64,000 nt of DNA from positions 1-64,000 of the forward strand of contig JAVLKG010000004.1 in NCBI GenBank assembly GCA_032128875.1, in the 5' to 3' direction. Both the position numbers and the translations under genes were made by a program. Origin of the DNA: Candidatus Melainabacteria bacterium 17Bon1m. Its GTDB lineage: Bacteria > Cyanobacteriota > Vampirovibrionia > Obscuribacterales > Obscuribacteraceae. Shown here piece after piece: positions 1-10,341 of this stretch (positions are counted from its first letter, which is position 1; each line of letters starts with the position of its first letter). The notes beneath the pieces were generated by a model. The model had not been told where the DNA came from, did no database searches, and saw only the letters and a program-made list of their open reading frames with translations.

Positions 1-50
1 TGATTGGCGTCAAATTAAATTGAACGTCAACGACAATTAGAATTGCGCTT

Positions 51-830
51 TTAGGACTTCCTTTCCTCCTTTGCTGCTTTCTTCTTCGATGCCGCAGACG
101 CCCTGAAGCTCTCCCCGTTCAGTTCCAAGATGGTTGAATGATGAACTAGGCGATCAACAGCAGCCATTGCCGTGATTGGATCTTTGAAGATCGAATCCCA
201 CTTTGAGAAAGGTAGATTGCTTGTCAGGACAACACTTCGTCTTTCGTATCGCTCCGCCAAAAGAACGAAGAGTACGTCAGTCTCTTCTCGCTCTTGCGGA
301 ATGTATGAAAGATCGTCGATGACCAGAGCCTCAAACTTGTCGAACTTCTTTAACAGCGCATTCAGCTTCAAATCCTTCTTGGCCTTTAACAGCTCCTGCA
401 CAAGTGCCGCTGCTGAAGTGAAAAAGATGTGCCGCCCACGAAGGCACCACTCTCGAGATAGTGACGCAGCAAGATGAGTCTTGCCCGTGCCCGGATTTCC
501 AAAAATCAGGACGTTTTCGCACACGTCCAAACACTTGCCAGCTGCAAGTTCGTTGACGCGGCTCGGAGAGAGACCCGGCACATGGCTGAGGTCAAAGTTG
601 TCCAACGATTTACCGGTCGGCAGTTTGGCTGCCTTCAGAAGGCGTTCCGTTCGCCGGTTGTACCGGTCGTCATGCTCTGTTTTGCTTAGTTCGTACAAGT
701 AGGCAACATGGTCGAGTTTTTCAAGCTCAGATTTGCGAGCATAAGTGAGGTAGTGCTTCTTGAATGACGGTAGATGGAAGTTCATCAGCATTCCCTCCAG
801 CTGTTCTTGGCGAGTTGCTTTGTCAGTCAT
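51..830 (-). CDS. istB: IS21 helper ATPase IstB
   Basis: Walker A GNPGTGKT, Walker B LVIDDL, ERYERRS and TSN motifs, DRLVHH; overlaps the istA stop. Confidence 0.95.
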   Translation of the reverse strand: MTDKATRQEQLEGMLMNFHLPSFKKHYLTYARKSELEKLDHVAYLYELSKTEHDDRYNRRTERLLKAAKLPTGKSLDNFDLSHVPGLSPSRVNELAAGKCLDVCENVLIFGNPGTGKTHLAASLSREWCLRGRHIFFTSAAALVQELLKAKKDLKLNALLKKFDKFEALVIDDLSYIPQEREETDVLFVLLAERYERRSVVLTSNLPFSKWDSIFKDPITAMAAVDRLVHHSTILELNGESFRASAASKKKAAKEERKS

Positions 831-2290
831 GAGTGCGCTCCTACCGGCTCGGTCGTAAGCAGCGTGTCGTAAAACGATAGTTCCGGCATTGCAACAGTCA
901 CGTCGGGAATTTTGTGCTTGGTCACAATGAGGTCTTTAACGGCATTCTCACTCGGTAGCAGCTTCATTTCGAATAACAGTGTTAAAGCGGTCTCGACCAG
1001 GTTCTGTCCGTCCATAGCGGCCACGTGCAGTATTTTCAAATACTCTTTGTCCTCTTTGCCGGCAGCTTCCAGCTGGTCATATGCCTTCCGAAACGTGGCT
1101 GTAGGAAACAACTCGTCTCTGTATTGGTAGTTTCTGAATGCAGCAGGTTTCCGAACCAGATGCTTGATGATGTGCCGATAATTGATTGCTACTTCGCCAG
1201 GAGAAATACGGGGCATTTCTTCAACGAGATTCTTTCCAAAGTACAACTCGATTCTGTCGGCATAGGCCAAAGCTCGCAACCTTGTTCCGACAAGCCTGCT
1301 TGGAACTGAGTAAATGCCTCGAAGAATCGAAATAGTGCTCCAAGGTCTAACCGTAACGAAGAGTTCCTGTGGTGCGTTCCAGTCCTTTCTCGGCAGTTGC
1401 TTTAGTAATTTGAGTTCAATCGCCAAGGCCTGTTTTCTGTCCTTGTTTCGACGATAAACAATTGATTGCACAAATTCTTCGTAAGCGTTGATGCTTGAAA
1501 AATCTCGGCTTCCTCTAAGTCTAAGTCGCTGGTCCAGAGCGCTTTTTAACAAGTCATGCGATTTCTCCACTGAGCCATTCTCATTACTTTGATTTGGAAA
1601 ATTTGAAGAGGGAATTGCGCCATAATGACTTAGGAAATCTTTCCATCGCTTCTGAAAAACCTTCCTTTGTCCGATTGGAACAGCGGCAGCCAGATTGTCT
1701 GTACGATGCTCCGGCGCTATTCCACCTAGTTCTCTCACTGCAGCAGAATAACCTTCGGTCAAAGACTGAAAGCTTTCAGAGTACGCGATTGAGACAAATT
1801 CCCATCTGGAATATGGCAGCATAAAGTGAAACAACATATGCTCAAATGGTTGGCCAGCAATCGTGATCTCCAATTTGTTGCACCATGTATAGTCGCTCTG
1901 GCTCTGCATTCCAGGCTGAATATGCTGAGGGAAGAAAACTTCTTTTTCAGCACCATGCAACGCTCTCCATGCTGAAACGCGTCGCTGAAGAGTGCGCAAG
2001 TGAGTAGGTCTAAATTGATCTGGATAACGCTCTAGAAGCCACTGCATCAGAGTTTTTGCTTCCAAACCTTCGTCACGGTTAAGCATCTCCTGAAGCTGCT
2101 CCCAAACGTCGGCAAACGGATCCTTTCTCGTTCTGTAATCTCGATTTTGACTCGGCAATTTTCTGCCTCCTTGCCTGAAATATTTTCTTGCAGTGTTCGG
2201 AGACATGCCGGCCTTGGCCGCTGCAATTTCAAGTGAGTACGTTTTGCGGTATCTCATGAAATTGCGAACCTGTTCACTTGTGCACGCCAT
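827..2290 (-). CDS. istA: IS21 transposase IstA
   Basis: N-terminal HTH (AAAKAGMSPNTARKY), QSDYT / RTDN / ENGSVE DDE core, YSVP motif; ATG at 2290 preferred over the upstream start at 2308. Confidence 0.95.
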   Translation of the reverse strand: MACTSEQVRNFMRYRKTYSLEIAAAKAGMSPNTARKYFRQGGRKLPSQNRDYRTRKDPFADVWEQLQEMLNRDEGLEAKTLMQWLLERYPDQFRPTHLRTLQRRVSAWRALHGAEKEVFFPQHIQPGMQSQSDYTWCNKLEITIAGQPFEHMLFHFMLPYSRWEFVSIAYSESFQSLTEGYSAAVRELGGIAPEHRTDNLAAAVPIGQRKVFQKRWKDFLSHYGAIPSSNFPNQSNENGSVEKSHDLLKSALDQRLRLRGSRDFSSINAYEEFVQSIVYRRNKDRKQALAIELKLLKQLPRKDWNAPQELFVTVRPWSTISILRGIYSVPSRLVGTRLRALAYADRIELYFGKNLVEEMPRISPGEVAINYRHIIKHLVRKPAAFRNYQYRDELFPTATFRKAYDQLEAAGKEDKEYLKILHVAAMDGQNLVETALTLLFEMKLLPSENAVKDLIVTKHKIPDVTVAMPELSFYDTLLTTEPVGAHS

Positions 2291-2372
2291 TTGCCAAACC
2301 CCAGCCAACTATCGAGACGTACTAAAAGTACGCCATTCCGACCTGGTGGGCGTTTGCGGGGCTGTCAACCTG

Positions 2373-2487
2373 CAATTCTAATTGTCGTTGCGAACGATTC
2401 TAATTGTCGCCGGACAATTACACTGGCTACCCCAAAAAGGTTCAATTCTAATTGTCACTGACGTTCAATTTTAATTGTCGTTGATCA
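2373..2487. repeat. Multiple terminal transposase-binding repeats of the IS21
   Basis: Four copies of (A/G)ATT(C/T)TAATTGTC at about 2374, 2396, 2444 and 2467. Confidence 0.85.
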
Positions 2488-2488
2488 A

Positions 2489-2629
2489 CGCCTGGATTAT
2501 TTGAATGGCGTGCTAAACAGAAGTGGCCGGACTGTAGATCAGATTCTTTCGCGCGAAGAACAAGAGAGGCTTAGATTGATTGAGCGTAAGAGTTTTCTAG
2601 AGCGCTTGGGCGCAAAACTCGGTTTGTAA
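2489..2629 (+). pseudogene. 3' remnant of a gene interrupted by the IS21
   Basis: 46-codon open frame without a start (RLDYLNGVLN...LGAKLGL*) beginning right at the IS end. Confidence 0.55.
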
Positions 2630-2647
2630 TCGACGAGTTGCTAGCGT

Positions 2648-3322
2648 CTATCCCTTGAATCTATAACCAACTCGTGGAACTGTTTCGATCCATTCAGTGC
2701 CGGGGTCTGCATCGGCGAGTTTCTTCCTTAGTCGCATGACGCATGTTCTAATGGCATCTTCGGTTGCGCTGGTATCAGCTTTCCAAACCCGCTCAATCAG
2801 CGCATCATTGCTGAAAACCTCAGGCTTATGCCGCATCAGAAACTCCAGGACCGCAAATTCTTTTGGCTGAAGCGCCACTTCTTTACCGTTGATATGGCAT
2901 TGTCGTGCCTGCGTATTTAGGGACATCGCACCATGTTCTAGAGTGTTTGAAACCTGATCTGTCGCGCGTCTCAGAACGGCTCGTACGCGAGCTGAGAGTT
3001 CTCGAAGATTGAATGGTTTCGTCAAATAATCATCAGCTCCGGTGTCAAGACCTTGTTCTCGATGCTCAATTGCTGTGTTGCCGGTGAGCATGATGATCGG
3101 TGTTTTCACCCGCTTGTTGCGCAGTTCATTGCACAATTCAATTCCTGATTTGCCAGGCATTGACCAGTCGAGCAGTATGACGTCATATTTTGAGACCGCC
3201 AGGAAATCCTCGGCTTCCTCGGCGGTAGCGGCAAGCTCGACAGTATGTTGCTCCAATGTCAGCCACTCACGCACTGAGTCGCTCAATTTGGTGTCATCGT
3301 CAACAACTAAAATCTTCGCCAC
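2648..3322 (-). CDS. OmpR/PhoB-family response regulator
   Basis: Receiver domain (VVDDD, LLDWSMP, ADDYLTKPF) plus winged helix (IETVPRVGY). Confidence 0.93.
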   Translation of the reverse strand: MAKILVVDDDTKLSDSVREWLTLEQHTVELAATAEEAEDFLAVSKYDVILLDWSMPGKSGIELCNELRNKRVKTPIIMLTGNTAIEHREQGLDTGADDYLTKPFNLRELSARVRAVLRRATDQVSNTLEHGAMSLNTQARQCHINGKEVALQPKEFAVLEFLMRHKPEVFSNDALIERVWKADTSATEDAIRTCVMRLRKKLADADPGTEWIETVPRVGYRFKG

Positions 3323-3395
3323 ATCCCCGCCCCGATAGTGTGTGCAGGAATTATATCAACTCACTGATGAAAAGAGCGAAGTCATCATGCGTCGT

Positions 3396-4382
3396 CTAGC
3401 GCCAACCGAATAGCGGCTGTTTCTCTGCCATGTACTGAATTACCGACACCGAGCAATGCAGAGACTCTAAGACTTCAATCGGCGTGGAGCTTTTTCGTAT
3501 ACCGAGCTCGTCTCGATTGGAGGATGCTCCCATTACCACAAAGTCTGCATCCCATTCGTTCGCGTTTTCGACAATAGCGGCGGAAGGAACCTCATGCCTT
3601 AGGAGAATAACCTGAAGATTCTTTCTGATTACTTCCGGTAAGCGAAGTTCCATTGTGTTTAGATGAGATTCAATTATTTTGTTGTGCTGTCCTTCTTTTG
3701 TGTACAGCGTGCCGATGCCTCTGTGCCAGTGAGAAATTTCGGCTTTGTGCGGTGGTTCGGCGACTGTAATGAGCCTGAATTGTGAATTCTCTGGCCATGC
3801 TATCGAACCGACCCAATCGATCAATTGCTCGGAAGTTGGCTTTTCATCAATTGCAACCAGAATTTTGGAAGGTGGGCGTGCTATTGCCTGTATCTCTTCG
3901 TCGGTGATTTTGCCTTCTTGCAAAAGGCGTTTGTGCAGTTCTTTATAGCGAACAACCTCTACCGAACATGGCGCGTATCTGATAACCTCCGACGCAACGC
4001 TGCTCAATGCGCAACGATCTTTTAGTCGTCTGTCGTGCGACCCTATCACGATGTAATCAGCGCTCCATTCGTAGGCAACGTCACAAATTCGCTGGACGAC
4101 GTTGCCCCTTTCAATACTCGATTGAGTGTTCGGCAAAACCTTTATGAATGAATCTGTCAGCTCATTGAGCCACATGCGCATTTCATATGTGTATTCTTCC
4201 TGCTCATTTGATAATGCGGTGGAATGTAGAAGTTCATTTGCATACAGCAACGAACTGAAATCTTCTACCACTTTGAGCAAATAGAATTGAGTATCACTTT
4301 CCCACGATCTTGCCATTACAGTTTTAAGTGCCGATACGGTGCACTCTTGATTATCGACAGGAATGAGAATCCGGGCAGCCAT
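3396..4382 (-). CDS. Tandem universal stress protein (two USP domains)
   Basis: RILIPVD...ADYIVIGSH...SSVASEVIRYAPCSV, then KILVAID...ADFVVMG...CSV. Confidence 0.85.
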   Translation of the reverse strand: MAARILIPVDNQECTVSALKTVMARSWESDTQFYLLKVVEDFSSLLYANELLHSTALSNEQEEYTYEMRMWLNELTDSFIKVLPNTQSSIERGNVVQRICDVAYEWSADYIVIGSHDRRLKDRCALSSVASEVIRYAPCSVEVVRYKELHKRLLQEGKITDEEIQAIARPPSKILVAIDEKPTSEQLIDWVGSIAWPENSQFRLITVAEPPHKAEISHWHRGIGTLYTKEGQHNKIIESHLNTMELRLPEVIRKNLQVILLRHEVPSAAIVENANEWDADFVVMGASSNRDELGIRKSSTPIEVLESLHCSVSVIQYMAEKQPLFGWR

Positions 4383-4433
4383 GATAGCGACTCCAACAAT
4401 AGCAGTGTGGACCTTAACTCAACAAGATCAGTC

Positions 4434-5432
4434 TCATCTGCTCATTGAAGGGTGTTTCTCGATAATGGCTGTTGCGCGTCCAAACAATTCTTGTGCTTCG
4501 CTCTCCTTCTCATGCTTATGATATAGAGCGCCGAGATTGTACAAAGATGTTGCCATCTCTTCTGAGAGGTTTTCCGAAGAAGTTTCGCAAATTTCAATCG
4601 CTTGTTTGAGCAAGGACTCTGCGTTCGACCAATCTTCCGTATTTGCGTACACGCCGGCCAGATCGTTTAAACACCTTGAAACAACCGCGCTTCTAGGTCC
4701 CCTCACTCGTTTTAGAACAGCCAGTATGTGCTCATACAGCTCTTTGGCTTCCTCGTCTCTGCCTTCTTTTAAGTATTCACGTGCAATTCTGTTTAAGTCT
4801 TCCTCTTCTGGAAAGTGGGCATTATTGCTACTTTTCTCTGTGTCAGCAGCAAGTGCTTTTTCGTATACCTCTTCAAACTCTGTATACTTTCGCTGCGCGG
4901 ACAAGCACCGTGCCAGATGTCTTAAAACTCTGCACAACAAAGCTTCTGGAACGTTTGACCTTTCCGATTCGAGGAGAAAATTCTTGAAATTTCTTTCTGC
5001 TGCAGCGTAGTCATTTTTTTCGAGTGCCAGCTCACCCAGCATCGATGCGTACATCCAATGCTGCTGAATTTTTTCGGAATTTGACACCTTCCTACTCGTC
5101 ACTGCAACAGCTTCTCCGGCGGCGGGATCTATCATGCGTTCAATAAGTTGTTTGTGCTGCTCCTCTGTGCCAAATTCATGCTCTCTCCGAGGCATGTCTG
5201 TCGTTATCTCGGTCGGATGTTCTCCGGGATAGTAGTAGTGCCAGAAATTAGAAGCATGGTGCTCCAATCTTGATTGACGCTCACCGTTAGGTTGGTGGGT
5301 GTCTAGAAAATCAGGGTGGGCTTCTTTCTTCCGGACTTCCAGTCGTTCGTGCATGTCCTTCAATCTGTTAGCGTCATCGCCCGGGTATAGCTTTTCTCGG
5401 ATTTTATTGAGCAATTGATAAATATGAGACAT
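4434..5432 (-). CDS. Tetratricopeptide-repeat protein
   Basis: TPR motifs LNDLAGVY...AESLLKQA and LYNLGALY...AQELFGRA. Confidence 0.8.
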   Translation of the reverse strand: MSHIYQLLNKIREKLYPGDDANRLKDMHERLEVRKKEAHPDFLDTHQPNGERQSRLEHHASNFWHYYYPGEHPTEITTDMPRREHEFGTEEQHKQLIERMIDPAAGEAVAVTSRKVSNSEKIQQHWMYASMLGELALEKNDYAAAERNFKNFLLESERSNVPEALLCRVLRHLARCLSAQRKYTEFEEVYEKALAADTEKSSNNAHFPEEEDLNRIAREYLKEGRDEEAKELYEHILAVLKRVRGPRSAVVSRCLNDLAGVYANTEDWSNAESLLKQAIEICETSSENLSEEMATSLYNLGALYHKHEKESEAQELFGRATAIIEKHPSMSR

Positions 5433-5577
5433 TACAGGACCCTCCGCCCACCAATCAAGTTTCCACCTTTGAGCGGAAAGTAATATCGTCTATTCAGTCT
5501 AAAGTGCCCGGCCAGTGGTCCTTCAAAAGGATGATAACTTCATAGTTAGTATCGTATCGCTCTCCAACTAATTCAAC

Positions 5578-5925
5578 TTGCTCCGCATACTGTTCGGTAA
5601 TCCCCAACCTTTCTGGAATTTACTTTTTTGTCACGACACTGATGGAGATGGCGAATTTTCGCCTTTCGAATTCTTTGCGCTGACTGATGAAATAAGTGAT
5701 TCCGAAGAGATAATTCTGGCTCGAGAGATGCGAGATCAGCTCAAAGATTTAGCGGGTAATCCGGTGTTGCCTTTGAATTTTAGTAGTGATGAGAAACTCG
5801 ACGCTAAGAGCGTTATGTTTGAGATTTTGGAGACTTTGGATGACGGCGGCAGGCAGCAACGGATTGCAAACTGTGTGGCAATTGAAGCTGCGTTCGAAGC
5901 AGGATTTGGTCCGGAGGGTGAGTGA
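5578..5925 (+). CDS. Hypothetical acidic protein
   Basis: 115-aa ORF, TTG start, no recognised motif. Confidence 0.45.
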   Translation: MLRILFGNPQPFWNLLFCHDTDGDGEFSPFEFFALTDEISDSEEIILAREMRDQLKDLAGNPVLPLNFSSDEKLDAKSVMFEILETLDDGGRQQRIANCVAIEAAFEAGFGPEGE

Positions 5926-5997
5926 AAGGGTACAGGAAGAATGGCAATTCTGGGTCAGTCGTAATTTTGTTAAGATTAGGTCGGTAAGGGAGATGTT

Positions 5998-6108
5998 ATG
6001 GCATCCGAACCGAAAAAACTATCTCTTGAGCAATTGCTCCGCCTTGTTGTTCGCAAGGCGATGGAAAGCGCGCAGGAGCAGATCAAATTGTTTGGTAAGT
6101 TCGAGTGA
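5998..6108 (+). CDS. Small hypothetical protein (36 aa)
   Basis: GGGGAG Shine-Dalgarno before ATG; MASEPKKLSLEQLLRLVVRKAMESAQEQIKLFGKFE; fills the gap before the next gene. Confidence 0.35.
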   Translation: MASEPKKLSLEQLLRLVVRKAMESAQEQIKLFGKFE

Positions 6109-6118
6109 GGTTGCAGGC

Positions 6119-6940
6119 GTGGACCTAGAGGCTTTCTGGCACATAATTGACGAGTCCCGAAGCACGTCTGACACAGACCAGCAGTTAGATTTCATCAAAG
6201 GCTGGTTTCGACATGCAACAGATCCAGAGGTCTTGGATTTCGAACGATTACTCAAGCTTGAATTGATGTCCGAGTCTAATTTGTACTTGCTATCGTTTGC
6301 TCTTGGGGCGGTTTGCATGGATCTCAACTGGACCGACGATACGTTTGACCATCTCAGAGCTTGGTTGGTTTTACAAGGCGAGGAATCTTTCTATTCAGTT
6401 TGTCGAAATCCAGATGAGCTAGCTTCTTTTGAAACAGTCAGGGAGTGTGCAGCACTTCTGGCACTGGGCGATAACGAATGGCGTCGCCGCCACGGGTCTT
6501 CTTCGCCGATCAAAATAGATCATTCACCTCTCAAAGGTGAGCCACAATCACAGGAGCAATTTGAGAAGTTGGTTTTTGATGACTTGGAGCATACTTTTCC
6601 ACGACTATTTCGCACTTGCAGACCAATGAAGGAATTGCAATGGCATCCAAAAGACAGACAACTGCTGCATCTTATCACTGACCAGGGTGGCAAGCTTGAT
6701 CAGATACACGCTGTGGATCATGTTTTTATTTGTCCCAATCGAAAATCGGCGGACCATGTTGCGAGAGAACTAGAGACTGCTGGACACACCGTTAAGGTAA
6801 TTCAAACCGGTTGGAAGAAATGCGAGGTTCATTCCAAAGAAAACACTACTCTATTAGCTCTCACCAGACGCACCCCAAAGTTGATGGATTTAGCTGAGAA
6901 TTACAAAGCCTCTTATGACGGCTGGGGGACAAGTGTATGA
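6119..6940 (+). CDS. DUF4240-like domain fused to an RraB/DUF695-like C-terminal domain
   Basis: GTG start after GAGG; xDLEAFWHIID, DDTFDHLRAWLVLQG and NPDELA; C-terminal HAVDHVF...YDGWGT. Confidence 0.7.
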   Translation: MDLEAFWHIIDESRSTSDTDQQLDFIKGWFRHATDPEVLDFERLLKLELMSESNLYLLSFALGAVCMDLNWTDDTFDHLRAWLVLQGEESFYSVCRNPDELASFETVRECAALLALGDNEWRRRHGSSSPIKIDHSPLKGEPQSQEQFEKLVFDDLEHTFPRLFRTCRPMKELQWHPKDRQLLHLITDQGGKLDQIHAVDHVFICPNRKSADHVARELETAGHTVKVIQTGWKKCEVHSKENTTLLALTRRTPKLMDLAENYKASYDGWGTSV

Positions 6941-7812
6941 GTGACCAAAGCAATAGTGATGACACCCCGAAGAAACAATTAGAGGTTTCCGGCTCTGGAA
7001 CTGGCGGTAGAAAACGCACAGCAGTTGGGGCTGGCGATGGAGGAGAGGGCGACGCTCCTAAGGAATTTCCTGGTGGCTCGGAGTACCCATCATTTGAGAT
7101 CCTTCCGCGCGTAGTAATCTGCGAGCCGAATGAATTAGTACGCGCCGGAATGAGAAGAATGATTCCGTTTTGCAACGTGATTGGCGAGGCTACTGAGGGT
7201 ACGCAAGCGCGGGAATTAATTCGAATGCTGCAACCAGACTTGGTAATTACTGAAATAGAAATTGATGGATTTGACGGAGTTGAGCTATGCAGCCAGATTC
7301 GTGATTTGTCATCGAGGTCTGCAATTTTGATTTCGACGCATTCTTACAATGCGACGAAGTTTTTTCATCGAGTAATGCGAAACGGGGCCAACGGGGTGTA
7401 CCTAAAGCGCACTGGGCGACTGGAGCTGGTTAGGGCGGTTTCTGATGTATTGAATCATCGAGACTATTGCGATGAAACTATTTCGAGACTGCTCAAACAA
7501 CATCCATCTCAAATTAACTCACTTGATGAGGGTTTGACGGAGAGAGAAATTGATGTACTAATTCGCCTGGATTTGCGAAACAGAGAAATTGCTGATGAGT
7601 TAGGGATTCAGCTACAAAAGGTTGAGAACGTGATATTTAGCATTCTGAAAAAGCTCAATACGGAGACGCGGACTCAGGCAGCACTTAAGGCAGTAAATGT
7701 GGGTTTCAAGCTGATTCCAGTGATGCCTAGCCGTAACAATATTACGGGGACCACGGAGGATGAAGAGATGGCATGGGCACATGCAGAGGCTGCACTAAAA
7801 GAAGGTGATTAA
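6937..7812 (+). CDS. NarL/LuxR-type response regulator with atypical receiver
   Basis: Receiver fold with acidic-site substitutions (ICEP, VITEIE); LuxR HTH LTEREIDVL...NREIADELGI. Confidence 0.8.
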   Translation: MSDQSNSDDTPKKQLEVSGSGTGGRKRTAVGAGDGGEGDAPKEFPGGSEYPSFEILPRVVICEPNELVRAGMRRMIPFCNVIGEATEGTQARELIRMLQPDLVITEIEIDGFDGVELCSQIRDLSSRSAILISTHSYNATKFFHRVMRNGANGVYLKRTGRLELVRAVSDVLNHRDYCDETISRLLKQHPSQINSLDEGLTEREIDVLIRLDLRNREIADELGIQLQKVENVIFSILKKLNTETRTQAALKAVNVGFKLIPVMPSRNNITGTTEDEEMAWAHAEAALKEGD

Positions 7813-8125
7813 AAGTCACCGCGTTTGACTCCGATCGCAAGGAGCAGCGTTTGTCCGCTCGTGCTCGAAAGCGCGCCGAAGTTGATAAAATATCGATGTG
7901 CATAGTTCAAAAGTGACTTTGAGATTGAACTATCTCCATTTTCAGGCGCGTGTTGGAGGTACACTCTTTGACTGCGCCTGTCCTTAAATTTGAGCGGCAG
8001 TTGGATAAAGTGATGAGACGCTATTTGCTCACGTTCGGCAGGCGATGTATTGGGCAAATCCGAAATATAAGCTCGAACTGCCGATTGAGGTTGGCCGTGT
8101 AGACGGGCCTAGAGACGTATCGCAT
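7809..8125 (-). pseudogene. Possible frameshifted small gene
   Basis: Strong RBS AAGGAGG plus ATG at 8125 gives only 34 aa; an overlapping frame stays open to 7809. Confidence 0.35.
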
Positions 8126-8197
8126 GGTGGAAATCCTCCTTGGTAGTGGTTCTGCTAGCAAGCTTGGTGCTAGTCAAGCTAAGCTTCGGAATCTTGA

Positions 8198-9226
8198 TCA
8201 AACAGTAAAATAGGGGCCAAGCAACTGTCTTATTAACAGCCAGAAATATCCCTTTTGAACCTTTCCACCTGAAAGTTGAATCCTTGAATGCGTTTTCTTT
8301 TTTTCACTCTGGAAGGCAAAGTCTCGAACGACCATAAAGTTAGCAGCACGTTCTGGATGCTCTGAGTAGTAGGTCCACACTATTTTGTCTCCTTCCTTGT
8401 ATTTCATGGTGAAGCCTAATGCTTTGTCATCAGACCAACACGTTTGTTTATGCAATGGAGAAGAGCCGTCGATATCCTGTGTTCTGTATCTCCTAATGCC
8501 GAACCATTTCTCTCTGCCGAAGATTGGATTGGCAGAACTCATGGCTTTTGCAAGAGTCTTTGGCGTCATTTTGTCGATGAGGTAGTGCAGAATGTTTCGA
8601 TCGGTTGCGTACATCAGTACGCCAGGTCGAGGGGAAAAAATGAAGAAATCTCCGAGGGCGCTAGTTCGCTGATCATAGGTTATGCGCATCATCGTAAACT
8701 CGCCGCTCTTCGAGTATTCGGTCGCGTGCGAACGCATTGCTCGCACGAACTTATCCCATCTTGATTGATTATTATTCGAGAACACCAAAACATGCGCCGA
8801 ATCGTAGGGTGTTTCGAATTGGAGAAACGATGGATTGAGGTATGGAGCTTTCTTCGTAAAGTTCATCTCTATCTCAAGTGCCATCAAGAGCGTCAGCCCA
8901 TCTGCCGCTTCATGAAACCAATCTTCGCCCCATGAAAGCGGTCCGGCACTACGACCTTGAAGTATCTGGAGTAATGACTTTCCTTCCATCCAGTCATTGG
9001 ATTTGCCCAGGCGAACTGGACCTCTGACCCTTGTGACAGTTTGGGCTGAAGGTGGCACCCAGGATAAGGAGCCAGTTCCAAAAGCAGGTAAGGTGTCTTC
9101 TGAATTCTTCGTGCTAAAACAAACAAGAAATGCGACGATTACAGGCAGTGCGGGCGCCGCAAGCCAGCGTGTAGCAATAATCTTTTGCGCAGCTACGAAA
9201 ATTGAAGGCACGATTATTCCTGCCAA
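8198..9226 (-). CDS. Hypothetical membrane-anchored or exported protein
   Basis: 342-aa ORF with hydrophobic N-terminus. Confidence 0.65.
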   Translation of the reverse strand: MAGIIVPSIFVAAQKIIATRWLAAPALPVIVAFLVCFSTKNSEDTLPAFGTGSLSWVPPSAQTVTRVRGPVRLGKSNDWMEGKSLLQILQGRSAGPLSWGEDWFHEAADGLTLLMALEIEMNFTKKAPYLNPSFLQFETPYDSAHVLVFSNNNQSRWDKFVRAMRSHATEYSKSGEFTMMRITYDQRTSALGDFFIFSPRPGVLMYATDRNILHYLIDKMTPKTLAKAMSSANPIFGREKWFGIRRYRTQDIDGSSPLHKQTCWSDDKALGFTMKYKEGDKIVWTYYSEHPERAANFMVVRDFAFQSEKKKTHSRIQLSGGKVQKGYFWLLIRQLLGPYFTV

Positions 9227-9342
9227 ACGAAGGAAAGCGTTGGCATTCTACGGCGTTGGTTTATTATCCAAGCAACAGTAGCAACAGTTCGGCAACTGTA
9301 TGCTCTACTCCCAGCCACAATTGGGCCGGCAAGCTTTTTGCA

Positions 9343-10314
9343 CTAGAGTTTCCAGCAACTTAATAACAACGATTTATCATCTTTGGTACGAGACTCAGTA
9401 AAGATGAGCCCCAGCTGCGCATCCATGAATGAGAACCTGCCATTTTTAGGAATTTTGAACCGTTCAGTTTCCTGCAGTTTCTGATCCGTTGAATACACAT
9501 AAACATCTTTTGCATCGTGAGCTTGTGTCAACCAAAGAAACTGCGCTCCGTTGGATACACTTAGCAAATCAAACTTCATTTTCAATTTGTGCTGAGCCAC
9601 TATCGAACCATCTTTGAGCGACAGTACAGAAACGCGTCCATACGACGGACCTGGGCTGCAAACAGAATATTGAGTGTCTGCATACAGTTCACCTTCTGAG
9701 ACCCAAAGTGTTTTCGTCTTATGGTCGAGTGATGAATCGATGAATCGGGTATCCTCAAGTAACAATGTTGGCTTTCTCAAGTCGTTCTTATTGAATCGCC
9801 AAACTTTGCCATCTTCACCACAACAAGCTAGGAAAGTATCTCGTGATTCGCGTAAAAGCGGTCTGCCCATGCCGACTCGCACTCTCTGCACTTTCATTGT
9901 GTCTAGGTCGTATAGCGTTACTGTGTCTATTCGTCCATTCTTCATCGCAAGAGTGTTACCAATTCTCATGATTGAATGCATGTAGGCAGGCACTTTTCGA
10001 TCCCACCTATCGAGTTCTTCCATATTCTCTGACAGCAGAAAAATTTTCTTGTCGCTATTTGTGAGGATGGTTTTGGTTTCCTCGTCATGGTATGCAGCAT
10101 TAATGCTTGACCTGGGTCTGAAATTGCAAAGCTCCTTGCCGGTTTTTAAATCAAGTCTTCTAAGCCGTATTCCGGCGAAGGCGCACCCCCAGCCATCAGA
10201 CACCAACAGCGATTTTAATTGGGGCACCAAAGTTACAGACCCAGTTGTAACCCATGCCTGAGTAGGCAACTGTGCCGTCCAAATCAATTCAGCCAAGGTA
10301 TACCGCCTCTCCAC
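9343..10314 (-). CDS. Beta-rich (propeller-like) hypothetical protein, paralog 1
   Basis: Shares VPQLKS...AGIRLRRLD and DAQLGLIFT...CWK with 10342-11310 and 15735-16703. Confidence 0.75.
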   Translation of the reverse strand: MERRYTLAELIWTAQLPTQAWVTTGSVTLVPQLKSLLVSDGWGCAFAGIRLRRLDLKTGKELCNFRPRSSINAAYHDEETKTILTNSDKKIFLLSENMEELDRWDRKVPAYMHSIMRIGNTLAMKNGRIDTVTLYDLDTMKVQRVRVGMGRPLLRESRDTFLACCGEDGKVWRFNKNDLRKPTLLLEDTRFIDSSLDHKTKTLWVSEGELYADTQYSVCSPGPSYGRVSVLSLKDGSIVAQHKLKMKFDLLSVSNGAQFLWLTQAHDAKDVYVYSTDQKLQETERFKIPKNGRFSFMDAQLGLIFTESRTKDDKSLLLSCWKL

Positions 10315-10341
10315 GATGTTGGGAATTCAATGAATAGCTGC

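Larger units (their letters stand above)
1..2487 (-). mobile_element. IS21-family insertion sequence, apparently complete
   Basis: istA+istB pair. Left end TGATtggcgtcaaattAAATTGAACGTCAacGACAATTAGAATTG (1-45) matches the reverse complement of 2443-2487. TG...CA termini. Confidence 0.92.

Noticed and set aside
5786-6118. N-terminal 111 aa of ORF 5786-6940
   Set aside because: Overlaps other ORFs; the domain and RBS begin at GTG 6119.
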